From: an uncultured delta proteobacterium
GTDB taxonomy: Bacteria > Myxococcota_A > Polyangia > Polyangiales > Polyangiaceae
Assembly (NCBI GenBank): GCA_963696385.1
Contig: CAVOKF010000004.1
Coordinates: forward strand, 288,001-352,000
Direction: 5' to 3'
DNA: 64,000 nucleotides
Position 1 is the stretch's first letter. The number at the start of each line of letters is the position of its first letter. Positions 18,837-29,336 of the stretch are shown one piece after another. The translations under genes were made by a program, and so were the position numbers. Under the pieces are notes generated by a model. That model searched no databases. It was not told the DNA's origin and saw only the letters and a list, made by a program, of their open reading frames with translations.

Positions 18837-20492
18837 ATGAGCACCCAAGAACGCCGTGCGCCTGGAGCGATGCGATTTCCGTTCGAGGCGTTGGTCGAGG
18901 TGGGCGGCGCCCTTGGCCCCACGTTCGAAGCGCAAGCCGTGAACGTCTCCGAGGAGGGGATCCAGATTCGCACGGCCTATTTGCCGGATCCAGGACAGAC
19001 CGTCACGTGTCGGTTCGACGCGGCCGCGGGCCAGATCGTCCTCGCTTCCGGCGAGGTGGCCTGGGCGCACGGAAGCGACCGGGGCGGAGAATTTGGAGTC
19101 CGATTCACCGATCTGGACGCCGAAAGTGTCGAGGCCTTGAAGCGCGTTTGCGGTGTCGGCTCCAGCGCGCCGCCTGCACAGACCGGCGCCAAGGTGCGCT
19201 TGCACATCGAGGGACTCTCGTCGCCCATGCGGGCCAAGATCAAGGAGACGCACCCGGCAGCCGTGACCGTCGGCAGCGATCTGGGCTTCTTGCAAGTGGG
19301 AAGGCAGCTCGAACTCGAGGATGCCCAGAGCGGCCACAAGCGACCCGCGACGATCGATCGCGTCGAGATCGCGGTCGACTCGGGATCGCAAGTGCCGCAG
19401 TTGATCGTGACGCTTCGTTACGGGGATGCGCGGGAGCCCGTTGCTACCGCCGGGGCCACGACCGAACGAGCGCGCCATACGCCGCCGTCGACGGCGAGTC
19501 ATACCGCCGAGGTGGACGCTGCGGCGCAGGAGTTGCGTGGCGCGTTCGCGCGGGGCGTCGAGAGGGTCGGGCCGGCGTTGGGCCGGTTTGCCGAGCAGCT
19601 GAAGACCACCGTCGCGTTGTTCGCGAAGCAGCGTGGCGACCGGAGTGTGGATGGCTCGGCGCCTCGACGCATGACGGCCCCGCCGCCGAACGGCGCGCTT
19701 CACTCGACCGGACGACGGGTCGTCCGCGGCGAGTCGAAATCTTCGCCCGACGACGCGTATGCGCTGCCGAGAGGAACGTTCACGCCCCGCCGGGCCGCTT
19801 TGGCCGGAGGCGTCATGTTCGCGGCCATCGTCGGGGCACTTGCTTTGAAGAAGGCGCACCACGAGCTACCGGCGACGGCGTCCTCGGTCGAGGCGACGGC
19901 TGCCGCGAGCGCATCGGTGGCCGTCGTCCCCGCGGCTGCGCCGGTCCCCACGCCGTCCAGCTCCCCCGCGCCGAGTTCCACGACGGCCGTAGCGTCTGCG
20001 CCCCCGCAAGCCGTGGCTCAGAGCGACGAATCAACGGGATCGGCAAGGCTCCAGAAGAGGATCCATGTGACGCCCTTCGCGAACGGTCCCGTCCACCACC
20101 CCAACGTGTTGCGCTTGAAGATGGACGGCCCGATCGAATCCATCGAAGGTGCCCAGCAGCCGAACGGCTTTGCGGTGAAGCTTCCCGGGCGCCGATCGCT
20201 CGAGGCGGCGGCACCGCTTGCGGCTCGCGATTCGAGGATTGCGGCAATCAAAGTCTCCAACGACCCCGCGGGCGCGGAGCTGACGGTGTCCTTTCGAGAC
20301 GGCGTTCCGAACTACCGAGTGAGCGCACGTGGAGAGACTCTCGTCATCGCCCTTGCGCCCGCGGGCACGCTCGATCGTGGGGTCGCGGATCGGGAGGAGA
20401 AGGGTGCCCGAAGCGCAAAGCACGCCAAGCGCCCACAACCAGAAAAGGGAGAGTCTCAGTCCAAGGCCGACAAGGGCGAGCAGGCTCTTTAG
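18837..20492 (+). CDS. N-terminal PilZ-domain membrane protein
   Basis: ERR..MRFP, NVSEEG, GEVAW...FGVRF; TM segment; Ala/Pro linker; C-terminal domain. Confidence 0.8.
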   Translation: MSTQERRAPGAMRFPFEALVEVGGALGPTFEAQAVNVSEEGIQIRTAYLPDPGQTVTCRFDAAAGQIVLASGEVAWAHGSDRGGEFGVRFTDLDAESVEALKRVCGVGSSAPPAQTGAKVRLHIEGLSSPMRAKIKETHPAAVTVGSDLGFLQVGRQLELEDAQSGHKRPATIDRVEIAVDSGSQVPQLIVTLRYGDAREPVATAGATTERARHTPPSTASHTAEVDAAAQELRGAFARGVERVGPALGRFAEQLKTTVALFAKQRGDRSVDGSAPRRMTAPPPNGALHSTGRRVVRGESKSSPDDAYALPRGTFTPRRAALAGGVMFAAIVGALALKKAHHELPATASSVEATAAASASVAVVPAAAPVPTPSSSPAPSSTTAVASAPPQAVAQSDESTGSARLQKRIHVTPFANGPVHHPNVLRLKMDGPIESIEGAQQPNGFAVKLPGRRSLEAAAPLAARDSRIAAIKVSNDPAGAELTVSFRDGVPNYRVSARGETLVIALAPAGTLDRGVADREEKGARSAKHAKRPQPEKGESQSKADKGEQAL

Positions 20493-20552
20493 CGTCCCGA
20501 AGCCTGCGCTCCCCAAGGTGGGGGTTCGTGCGCGATGAGGGTTCGTGTGCGA

Positions 20553-21605
20553 TCACCGTCGCCCGCGGCCTTTGCGGGTCACCCGCGCGAGCGACGTGCG
20601 GTTGTGAGCCGTGAGGTCCCATCCGTCGCGCTCGCCGCGAACGAGCCGCAGGGCGCCCGCGTAGGCCACCATGGCCCCGTTGTCCGTGCAACTGGCGATC
20701 GCCGGGATCGAGACGCGCAAGCCTCGGGCAGCGCCGAGTTCGCGTGCGCGGCGCCTCAACTCTTGGTTGGCGGCGACACCGCCGCCTAGGACGACGGTGT
20801 CGACGCGTTGCTCGAGGGCCGCGTCGATGGTCTTCGCCACCAGCACCCCCGTCACGGCGGCTTGAAATGACGCACAAACGTCGCGGGCGTCTTGCTCCGC
20901 CGGCAACCCGTCGCGTGCGACCAGTCGGGCGACTTGGGTCTTGACTCCGGAGAAGCTCATTTCGAGAGATTGCGAGTGCGCCATGGGGGCGAGAAGCTTG
21001 ACGCGCGAGGGGTCGCCGCCTTGGGCAGCTCTCTCGATGGCCGGTCCGCCCGGATACCCCAGGCCGAGCAGCTTCGCGACTTTGTCGAACGCCTCGCCCG
21101 CGGCATCGTCTCGGGTCGCCCCGAGCTCCATGACCGCTTCGGCGTATGGAGCGTCGACGCGGTAGATCGCCGTGTGACCGCCCGAGGCGAGCAGGCATAC
21201 GAACGGAAAGCTCGGCGGGGCTGCTTCGCAACCATCGCGCTGAAGAAATACGGCCAGCAAATGGCCCATGAGATGGTCGACGCCCACCAGAGGCTTTCGC
21301 GCGGCCCACGCGAGGCCCTTGGCCGCCTCGACGCCCACCAAGAGCGCGCCGATCAGCCCGGGCCGGTGGGTCACCGCGACTCCATCGACGTCCGCGAGGT
21401 CGACGCCCGCCTGAGCGAGCGCTGCGTGGACCACGGGCCCGACATTGCGCAAATGATCGCGGGATGCGAGCTCCGGGACGACGCCGCCGTACTGCGCGTG
21501 CAGGCGCACTTGCGAGTGAACGACGTCCGAGCGGACGCGACCGGCGTCGTCGACGATCGCAGCGGCGGTCTCGTCGCAGGACGACTCGAGACCTAGTACG
21601 AGCAT
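20553..21605 (-). CDS. tsaD: tRNA N6-threonylcarbamoyltransferase TsaD
   Basis: LGLESSCDET, YGGVVPELASRDH, HLMGH, SGGHT, DDAAGEAFDK, GYPGGP, GGVAAN, CTDNGAM. Confidence 0.96.
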   Translation of the reverse strand: MLVLGLESSCDETAAAIVDDAGRVRSDVVHSQVRLHAQYGGVVPELASRDHLRNVGPVVHAALAQAGVDLADVDGVAVTHRPGLIGALLVGVEAAKGLAWAARKPLVGVDHLMGHLLAVFLQRDGCEAAPPSFPFVCLLASGGHTAIYRVDAPYAEAVMELGATRDDAAGEAFDKVAKLLGLGYPGGPAIERAAQGGDPSRVKLLAPMAHSQSLEMSFSGVKTQVARLVARDGLPAEQDARDVCASFQAAVTGVLVAKTIDAALEQRVDTVVLGGGVAANQELRRRARELGAARGLRVSIPAIASCTDNGAMVAYAGALRLVRGERDGWDLTAHNRTSLARVTRKGRGRR

Positions 21606-22114
21606 GGTCCCGAGCCGCGCGTGAGCGAGAAGACCGCAAAGACGCATTGCTCGCTCGCCGCGGCGTCCCCGCCGCCGTCGAGTGCGGCGGCATTTGGAGC
21701 CCCACGGAGCAAACGCACCTCGACCTCGCCCGATTGCATGAGGGAGATGACCGCGAAGACCTCGTCGCCGTCGCCGTCCGAGAACGGGGTCGTTGCGGCG
21801 GCCACGTAAAGCAGGTTCTGGATTCGCCCTTCCCCGAACTGGAGCGTCGAGAGCGGATCGTTCCAGATTTCGGGGATGGGCCGGAGAGGCACGGTTTGAA
21901 ACCTTCCGTCACTCGTCGAAATGGCCCCCGGTGCATCCTGGAGGTGATCGGTGTCGAGCGTCAGGCAAAGGGTCGTGCCCGCGTCGACGCCGACGCGCAC
22001 GAACTGCGCGTCGATGACGGAACCTCCGTAGTGGCTCCCGTGCGTCGAGAAACCGCTGATGTTGCGGCAAGCGACGAGCCACATCGCTCCGACGGCGACG
22101 AGACCAGGCCGCAT
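21593..22114 (-). CDS. Hypothetical lipoprotein
   Basis: ATG overlaps the upstream TGA; MRPGLVAVGAMWLVAC lipobox; 3' end overlaps the tsaD start. Confidence 0.7.
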   Translation of the reverse strand: MRPGLVAVGAMWLVACRNISGFSTHGSHYGGSVIDAQFVRVGVDAGTTLCLTLDTDHLQDAPGAISTSDGRFQTVPLRPIPEIWNDPLSTLQFGEGRIQNLLYVAAATTPFSDGDGDEVFAVISLMQSGEVEVRLLRGAPNAAALDGGGDAAASEQCVFAVFSLTRGSGPCSY

Positions 22115-25100
22115 CAGCGCTCGATCGCTCGCGCCGAATCCCGCACGCGCGGCTCCGGATCGCTTGCGACCAGCTGGTGGGCAAGCGCCTGCGCCGCGGC
22201 GGGGTCCGACGCGTCCAGGGCTTCGAGGGCCGCCTGCCGTACGAGGGCATACGGATCGCTCGTCGCCGCACGCGCGAGCCACGTGCTCGCCCCGGAGATC
22301 CCGTGGCCGGACATGCGACCGAGGGCCGCGGCCGCGCGAACGCGCATCGCCCAGTTCTCGTCGTTGGCCAGGATTCTCGCCACGACCTCCGCCGCACGTT
22401 CGCTCGCCGTCGCGCGAGTGCCGTCCGCCCGCGGCGCGCAGACGGCCGCGAGTGCAACGCGCCGCACCGCGTCGGTCGTGTCCTCCAGCCCGGCGATGAC
22501 GGCATCGGTCGCCGCGTCGCTCGACAGTCGCGCGACGAGAACGAGCGCTTTTGCCCGGATCGCCGGATCGGGATGCCTTGCCAGTGGAACGAGGCTCGGC
22601 TCGAGCGCGACGGCGATGGCCCGTGCCGCATCGGCGGCGGCTCCGGACGCGCCGTGCGTCACGAAGGGCAAGAACTCGCCGTCTCCGTCGCCTAGCGCAT
22701 CCAAAACCGCGCTGGCGCGCGAGCCCGAGGTTTGCAGGGCCGTGAGCGCGGCGCGTGTGATGGGGCCCGCGTATTGGACCAATGCCGCCGCTCGCTTGGC
22801 GTCGTCCTCTTCGGGCGGGGCGAACCGGTCCATGAGCGCCTCGACATCGAACGCGCCCTCCGGCTCCGGCAACGCGGCACGGGCATGGGCCGCCCCCCCC
22901 GCACTGTCGTCGTGGGCGGCGAGAGCCGCCAATGCGTTCACCGCAGCGCGTGAAAGGGCGTCGGCCGACCTTCGCGCCGAGGACTCGTCGCTCTCGCGGG
23001 CAAAAATGGCGTCGGCCATCGCTCGTACGGCCTCGTCGTGCCAAGCGGGCGGCTTCGGGCCCGTCGCCGCCATTCGCGCCAGCGCCAGCAACGCCATGCG
23101 CCGAACGAGCCCTTCCCCGTCTTCGGAGATCTCCAGCAGCACGGGTACCTGCGATTCCGCGTTCAGCTCTCCGAGGGCGTAGGCCGCCGCGGCCTGCGCG
23201 ATCGCGCCGGCATCTGCGGATCGGGCGATCGCGGCTACCTGCGGGATGGAGGAGGTATCGTGCGTCGCTCCGAGCCCCAGGATAGCGAGCGCCCGCATGG
23301 TCGGAGAGGCGGTGAGCGCAACACGGCGAAGTACGGGAAGAACGCGCGCATCGCGGATCTTCGCGAGTCCCCACACGGCGGCCACGCCCACGGCGTCGGA
23401 GAGCACCTGATCGTCGGTTTCCCCCTTCGGGAAGAGGAGCGACTCGTACTTGGCCACGAGCGACGGATCCGCCAGCTCGGCGCATGCCTGCATCGCCCTC
23501 GCTCGGAGCGCCAGCTCGGCCGGTCCCGTGGCGAAGACAAAGAGAGGCAGGGCCGCGTTGCGGTTCTGAACGTAGGCGAGAACGTCGATCGCGATGCGTT
23601 GTTGGGTGACGTCCTTGTCGGCCAGGGCGTCGAGCAACGGCTTGACCGCGCGCGCGCCGATTCGCGTCAACGTATCGCGCGCCTGCGACGCTTCCTCGGG
23701 CGTACCGTGGCGGACGCGCTGGACGAGCGCATAAGTCAGGCTTCCGTAGATCTCGACGAGCAACTTGCGGTACAGGGGCCGCTGCGCGTTGCCGATGGCC
23801 AGCGGCAACAGATCCTGCTCGAGCGACTCGAGCGTGCCTTTGCCGAGGTTAATCTGCATGGAGAGCCGCGCTGCGCGCGCGACCAGATCCTCGTCCGGTG
23901 CGCCGCGAATCACGCTGCGGAACAGTCGATCGGCCTCGTCGACCTTCCCCTTGGACAGAAGAAGATCGGCAAGCTCGAAGTACACGATGAACAGCCGATC
24001 ATTTTTAGCGATGGCGGCGCGAAACTCTGCGATGGCCCGATCGGTGTCCTGTCTCGAGCGGTACATCTCGCCAAGGCGACGGTGTCCTTCCGCGTCGTCG
24101 GGGTTGAGTTCAACGGCTCGCGCCGCGTATTGGATCGCATCGTCGTCGTGGTAAATTTGCAGCGAGTATTGCGCCATCCGCTGGTAAATCTCGCGCGCTC
24201 GCTTGGGATCGAGCGTCGCGAGCTGGTCGAGAACCGCGATGGCATCGGCGATCTTGCCTTCCTGGACGAGCACGCGCTCGAGGGCCAGATGAGCCTCGGC
24301 GTCTCCCGGCGCGAGTTCGATCACCCGACGCAGGGCCGCCTCGGCATCGGGGAGCTTTCGCAGATGAAGCAGCGCCTCGGCAAGCATTCGGCCGGACTCG
24401 ATGTCAGGGGGGATCGCGGCAAAGCGCTTGGCCAAGATCGGGACCTGCTGATCGAGCACGCGCTCGAGGCCCCAGAGCGTGACGATGCGCGTGCGGCACT
24501 CGCGCGCCAGAGCTTTGTCCCCCGTCTCCTTCGTCCGTACGACGATCTCTTCGTACAATGAGCGGGCGTCGCGGAAAGCATGCGTGCGCTCGAGCGCGGA
24601 TGCGAGAGCCTTCTTGTAGCCGAGGTTTGCCGGGTCGAGTGATACGGCCTCTTTGTAGGCGGCGACGGCATCGGCGCTCATGTCGTGTTCGAGGTATACG
24701 TCGCCCAGTGCAGAAAGAGCCTTCGCGCGGGGCTGTACGACGGCGACGATTCGCTGCCATGTCTGAACGGCGAGTTTCGTGTCGCCGTCCTGGAAGTAGC
24801 GGTCGCCCAGGTCGACCAGGTGGCCGGGGTCCGCGGCTCCGTTCACTGCGGCGAGGCGTTGAAGCACGTGCAGCGATCTCTCGGACTCGCCGATTCGAGC
24901 GAGAAAGTCCGCGACTCTCGACAAGACCTCGTCGTCGTTGGCTGCGCGGGCCTCGAGTTGGGTGACGAGCGCGAGAGCGCGCACGCGATCGCCACGCTGC
25001 AAGAGCGCCTCGCACTCCTCGAAAACGAACTGAGGATTGCCCGGCGACGCCCGAATGAGGGCCTCGTACTCCGCGATCGCGCGATCGAGGTCGCCGTTGC

Positions 25101-26280
25101 TCTGGAGGAGTCGGATCACTCGAATGTTCAGATCGATCTGCCGGGGGTCGAGCGCGAGCGCGCGCCGGTACGCGCTGATCGCTTGGCTGCTCTCACCCGT
25201 CTCCTCGTACAGGCTCCCCAGGAGAGCCAACCGCACCGCGTCGTTGGGGTGCTCGTCCTCGAGCTCTTTGACGAGCGCAGGGAGATTCTGGTCGGCGCGA
25301 TAGATTTCGGCGATGATGCCGTAGACTTCGGCCCGCAGCGCCGTCTCGGCTCCCGCCACGCCGAGGGCCCGCTTCAGGCTGACAAGCGCGGCCTCATTTT
25401 CGTGGGCTTTGGCCTGTGCACGGCCGAGCTCTTTGAGAGCCGGCGCGAGCGCGCGGTTGTCGCCCGCCGCGCTCGCGACGACTTGCTTGAGCTCGGCTTC
25501 GGCGCGAACGTATTCGCCCCGCGCGGACAATGCCCGCCCGAGCTCGCCGCGCACGAACAAACTCGTCGGCTCGAGCTGGACGAGTTGCGCGTGAAATGCG
25601 GCGGCCGAGCCATAATCCTTCGCGGACAAGGCGAGGTCCATCAAAGTCCGTAGCGTTTGCTCCCTGTCGGCGCGCGCCGTTTGGAGTCCGAGCGCCTGTT
25701 CGTAGCGGACTCGCGCTTGGGAGACATCGCCGCGATCCTCGAGGACCCTGGCCAGAGCGAGCAAGGCGTTCGCGTCTTTGGGCTTGAGGGCGATCGCCTT
25801 CTCGTACGTGACGATGGCATCCTCGATGCGTCCGTCGATCTTGAGAAGACCGGCCAGCGCGACGGTCGCCGCGTAGGCGTCGCCACCGGACCCCGCCGAC
25901 CGTCGCTCGAAGTCGGTCACCAGGTGGGCCATGTTGCCGTCCCGGTCGCGGTACAGTTGTGCGAGTCGCTGCAGAGGAAATGGGGCGCCTGGCTGCGACA
26001 GGACGACCCGTGTGTAGCGATCGATGAGTGCTGCCGGCGTCGGACCGGCGGAGGCGTTCGCGGGTACGGCCGCGCCGGACGGCTGTATAGCGGCTCCGCT
26101 CGGCGTCGAGGGGCCGTGCGCGGTCGCTGCCGGTCGATGTCGTCCATGCGGGTCGAAGTCCTGTGCGTGGGCGACCGACTCGACGGCCAGCAACGCCGCC
26201 AGGGCAAGGGGTCCAACGCGCACGGGGACAAGCTTACTGCGCGCGTCCCGGTGTCGCGAGGACGAGAAGAGCGAAGACAA
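22114..26280 (-). CDS. Large secreted TPR + HEAT repeat protein (start codon uncertain)
   Basis: Signal-like AHAQ; many TPR consensus repeats; C-terminal HEAT/PBS repeats (VRQAALEAL, DPEPRVR). Confidence 0.85.
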   Translation of the reverse strand: MSSLFSSSRHRDARSKLVPVRVGPLALAALLAVESVAHAQDFDPHGRHRPAATAHGPSTPSGAAIQPSGAAVPANASAGPTPAALIDRYTRVVLSQPGAPFPLQRLAQLYRDRDGNMAHLVTDFERRSAGSGGDAYAATVALAGLLKIDGRIEDAIVTYEKAIALKPKDANALLALARVLEDRGDVSQARVRYEQALGLQTARADREQTLRTLMDLALSAKDYGSAAAFHAQLVQLEPTSLFVRGELGRALSARGEYVRAEAELKQVVASAAGDNRALAPALKELGRAQAKAHENEAALVSLKRALGVAGAETALRAEVYGIIAEIYRADQNLPALVKELEDEHPNDAVRLALLGSLYEETGESSQAISAYRRALALDPRQIDLNIRVIRLLQSNGDLDRAIAEYEALIRASPGNPQFVFEECEALLQRGDRVRALALVTQLEARAANDDEVLSRVADFLARIGESERSLHVLQRLAAVNGAADPGHLVDLGDRYFQDGDTKLAVQTWQRIVAVVQPRAKALSALGDVYLEHDMSADAVAAYKEAVSLDPANLGYKKALASALERTHAFRDARSLYEEIVVRTKETGDKALARECRTRIVTLWGLERVLDQQVPILAKRFAAIPPDIESGRMLAEALLHLRKLPDAEAALRRVIELAPGDAEAHLALERVLVQEGKIADAIAVLDQLATLDPKRAREIYQRMAQYSLQIYHDDDAIQYAARAVELNPDDAEGHRRLGEMYRSRQDTDRAIAEFRAAIAKNDRLFIVYFELADLLLSKGKVDEADRLFRSVIRGAPDEDLVARAARLSMQINLGKGTLESLEQDLLPLAIGNAQRPLYRKLLVEIYGSLTYALVQRVRHGTPEEASQARDTLTRIGARAVKPLLDALADKDVTQQRIAIDVLAYVQNRNAALPLFVFATGPAELALRARAMQACAELADPSLVAKYESLLFPKGETDDQVLSDAVGVAAVWGLAKIRDARVLPVLRRVALTASPTMRALAILGLGATHDTSSIPQVAAIARSADAGAIAQAAAAYALGELNAESQVPVLLEISEDGEGLVRRMALLALARMAATGPKPPAWHDEAVRAMADAIFARESDESSARRSADALSRAAVNALAALAAHDDSAGGAAHARAALPEPEGAFDVEALMDRFAPPEEDDAKRAAALVQYAGPITRAALTALQTSGSRASAVLDALGDGDGEFLPFVTHGASGAAADAARAIAVALEPSLVPLARHPDPAIRAKALVLVARLSSDAATDAVIAGLEDTTDAVRRVALAAVCAPRADGTRATASERAAEVVARILANDENWAMRVRAAAALGRMSGHGISGASTWLARAATSDPYALVRQAALEALDASDPAAAQALAHQLVASDPEPRVRDSARAIER

Positions 26281-26341
26281 CCGCGACCGCGGACCCCGAC
26301 CCGACCCCGGACCCGAACCGCGACCGGGGACGCCGAAAGCG

Positions 26342-27775
26342 TCAGCTGGCCCGCATGATGAGCGCTGCGAGCAAGACGAAGCCGAGCAGTCCCAGCAGCA
26401 CGGCGATTCCGATGGAACACCAGCGGACGACGGTGTGCTCGGGAGCCCCGGCCACGTCCGTAGCGTCGACGGCGAAACGGGCGCGTGTCGCGGCCGCCGC
26501 TCGTAGCATCAACGCCATCTCGATGAGCGTTGCGAGTGCGATGGCCCCCATCGCGATCGTCAAGCCGCGCGACCGCCTCGCACGAGTGGCTCGGACGATC
26601 GCAGGAAAACCGTCTAGCACGGTGTAGCGCGCGACCGGCGTCGCGGGCGACAGCGCCAGGCATGGCCAGAGCGCGGCCTGGGTCTCGCGAGCGTCGCGGC
26701 GGGACGCGCATCCTGCCGGATCGGTCCCGAACGCGAGTGCGGAGTCGTCGCTCCATGCCACGAAAAACGGGCGGACCGTTGCCCGGGGTCCGAGCTTCGA
26801 TGGCGTCGTCGGATTGCTTGCAGCGACCGCCCAGTACAACCCGGGCGCGAGCCGAGGAACCCGAACCGAGGCCGCCGGCCATGTCGTCGGCGGCCCCGCG
26901 GGAGTCACAGCGGCCGCCCACGCGCGGCCATAAGCGTCGTCGATCTCGATGTACTCCGTCGCTCGAGGACCCGGCGTGACGACGTCGATCCGGGGCTCTT
27001 CGTCGGGGGTCCATCGCAGGCGCGTGTCCAGCCTCGCACCGCCCGGCGACGCGTAGAGTCCGCCCACCCACGCGCCGCTCCGTCCGTCGCGCGCGTGCGC
27101 GTGCAGGGCCAACGAGACCGCCAAGCCGACCGTCGTCAGGGTGAGCTCGGCCCAGCCCTCGGAGTCGGTGCGCCCGATCGGAACCGCTGCGTTCCAGCTC
27201 GGGTCCTGCTCGGCTTCGATGAGCGTGTCGACCGACGCTGCACCCGTCGCCCGGTGGGTCGATCGAACGCAGATCGTCGAAGGAAACCCCGGCGATGCGC
27301 TCTGTCCGACGAGCGCGACGTCGAGCCGAATCTCGCCCTCGCGGCGCGCGAACGGCATCCAGGCCGGGTACGACGGTCCCGCCGGATGGCCGGCATCCTG
27401 CATCGCCTCTCCTCCGGCGAGCAGCGCGCCGCCGGCGCGCACCTCGATGTGCGTTCCTCGGAGCGTCGGCAGCGGCAACAGCGCCTCGCCCACACCGTCG
27501 ACGTTGGTTTCGCCGTTCCACTCGACGGTTCGCCCATCGCCCGTCGTCGCAATCATCGAAAGCCGGGTCATCGACAGGGGCGACAGGCCCCGGCCATCTT
27601 CTTGCGACGCCACGACTTGCAACGCAGAGCCGGTCCCGGCTCGCGACTCGCTGGCCCCGTAGACCACCGCCCAGCGTGTGACGTCGGGGGCTCCAATGCG
27701 CAGGCCAGCGCCGACCGCGGTCAAGGCGACGAACGGGGTCCCCAGAAGGACCACGCGCTCCTTGTTCACCCTCAC
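26342..27775 (-). CDS. Hypothetical membrane protein
   Basis: GTGA overlap with the hydrolase stop; N-terminal anchor, beta-rich middle, two C-terminal TM helices. Confidence 0.6.
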   Translation of the reverse strand: MRVNKERVVLLGTPFVALTAVGAGLRIGAPDVTRWAVVYGASESRAGTGSALQVVASQEDGRGLSPLSMTRLSMIATTGDGRTVEWNGETNVDGVGEALLPLPTLRGTHIEVRAGGALLAGGEAMQDAGHPAGPSYPAWMPFARREGEIRLDVALVGQSASPGFPSTICVRSTHRATGAASVDTLIEAEQDPSWNAAVPIGRTDSEGWAELTLTTVGLAVSLALHAHARDGRSGAWVGGLYASPGGARLDTRLRWTPDEEPRIDVVTPGPRATEYIEIDDAYGRAWAAAVTPAGPPTTWPAASVRVPRLAPGLYWAVAASNPTTPSKLGPRATVRPFFVAWSDDSALAFGTDPAGCASRRDARETQAALWPCLALSPATPVARYTVLDGFPAIVRATRARRSRGLTIAMGAIALATLIEMALMLRAAAATRARFAVDATDVAGAPEHTVVRWCSIGIAVLLGLLGFVLLAALIMRAS

Positions 27776-29202
27776 GGCTCCGGTTCCCAACCGGCATCGA
27801 TCGGCGCGTTGCCGCCGTCGATGACGATGGCGGGTGGCCGTGCCGGATCGGTTCCCAAGGATCCGCGCGAAAGGTGGATCGCGCGAACCCCGTCGGCACG
27901 TCGAACGTGCACGCCGTCGACCTGCCGCTCGACGTCGACGAACGCATCGGCATCCGCCCCGACCGCGCGATCGATCCTCACGCCGTACGCGCCGACGTCG
28001 CTCGCGCGAACGCTGCGATAGGTGACGCGGGCGGCATCGATGGGAACGCGCGCGCTCGCGGCCGTGGCGACGACTTCCGGGAGAAAACGAGCGACGAGCG
28101 CACCGCTGTGGCCCGCGCCAGGCACGCGGTCAAAGCGGACGCGAAAGCCCCGCTGACCGAGCGCACCCGCGAGCCTGTCGCTCTGACCGACGGGGCACGT
28201 GCGGTCGAGTTCGCCGTGAATCAGCCAGACGCCGAGATGGCGCGCGTTGTCGACGACGTCGAGCGCATTGACCCGATGGGCTGCGGCCTCGTCGCGCAAA
28301 ATGAAGCGCACGTACGTCGATCGATCGTAGTGCGTGTCGCCGAAGAAGCTCGTGACCGCCGCGAATCGGTCGGGGTGATGGAACGCGATCGTCAGGGCGC
28401 CGGCGCCACCCATGGACGCACCCCAGATCGACACCGCTTCGGGATCGATGGCGACCGCCGCCGAAAGGGCGTCGACTGCGCGCAAAACCTCGTCCTCGGC
28501 ATCGCCGGTGTAAAGGGAGTTTCCCAGGCCGCTCGGCAGCAGCAAGACGATGTCTCTCGCCTGCGCCTCTTTCAAGAGCTCGGCATAGGAGGCGTACGTC
28601 CACATCGATCCGTTCCAGGGATGTGTGCCGACGAGCAAACGACCCCGGCGACGAACGTCGTGATGGTGCGGGATGAACACGACCGCCTCGCCGCCGCCCT
28701 CGGACGCGTGGGCCGTCGCGAAAGTCAGTACGCTCAAACCCTCGGTCGACTGAGCGACATGACCCACGCGGGGCGGCTCACCGCAAGCGATTCGTCTCTC
28801 GTAGTCGCTGACGCCGAGGTCGATGATGAATTCGTGATGGCCTGCGGCGAGATCGACGACGAGAGGCCCGGGCGGCGCGGGAAGGCTGCGTCCGTCGAGC
28901 CGCACGCTCTGCCGACCTGCGCAGGGCGGAATTTCGATGGCGGATGCCGCGAGCGAATCGGTCCGCAGTCGCAGCTCGTAGCGTCCTGGAGCGACGACGT
29001 CGCGGGCGAGTCGGTCCCAGCTCTTCGACTCCCAATGGCCGCCATCCGCCCGCACGTCGGCGGCCGGCATCTCCACACCTTCGACGACCCGATGGGCAGC
29101 GAGCGTCGCGCCGCCGGTCGCGGACGTGCCGAGCACGGCAGCCCCCGTCAGAGCCGCCGTAGCCCCAACGCGCCCGATTCGCATCGTGCGTTCACGCGGC
29201 AT
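27772..29202 (-). CDS. Secreted alpha/beta hydrolase (esterase/S9-like)
   Basis: GASMGG nucleophile elbow, HGELD, GAGH; signal peptide. Confidence 0.8.
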   Translation of the reverse strand: MPRERTMRIGRVGATAALTGAAVLGTSATGGATLAAHRVVEGVEMPAADVRADGGHWESKSWDRLARDVVAPGRYELRLRTDSLAASAIEIPPCAGRQSVRLDGRSLPAPPGPLVVDLAAGHHEFIIDLGVSDYERRIACGEPPRVGHVAQSTEGLSVLTFATAHASEGGGEAVVFIPHHHDVRRRGRLLVGTHPWNGSMWTYASYAELLKEAQARDIVLLLPSGLGNSLYTGDAEDEVLRAVDALSAAVAIDPEAVSIWGASMGGAGALTIAFHHPDRFAAVTSFFGDTHYDRSTYVRFILRDEAAAHRVNALDVVDNARHLGVWLIHGELDRTCPVGQSDRLAGALGQRGFRVRFDRVPGAGHSGALVARFLPEVVATAASARVPIDAARVTYRSVRASDVGAYGVRIDRAVGADADAFVDVERQVDGVHVRRADGVRAIHLSRGSLGTDPARPPAIVIDGGNAPIDAGWEPEP

Positions 29203-29336
29203 CTCGATCGACCCGCCGGGGTTCGCCCTTGTAACGGCGTCTGTCCGATCCTACAGGGAACGGGCGCATGCCATCCGCCGCCCGTCCGTCGTCGATTGAC
29301 CCGCCGCCGCTCCGGCGGCCGACCGGCCAGGGCGAG

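Noticed and set aside
26281..26330. Hexamer-like ACCCCG/ACCGCG repeats
   Set aside because: Short, degenerate low-complexity run with no evidence of function
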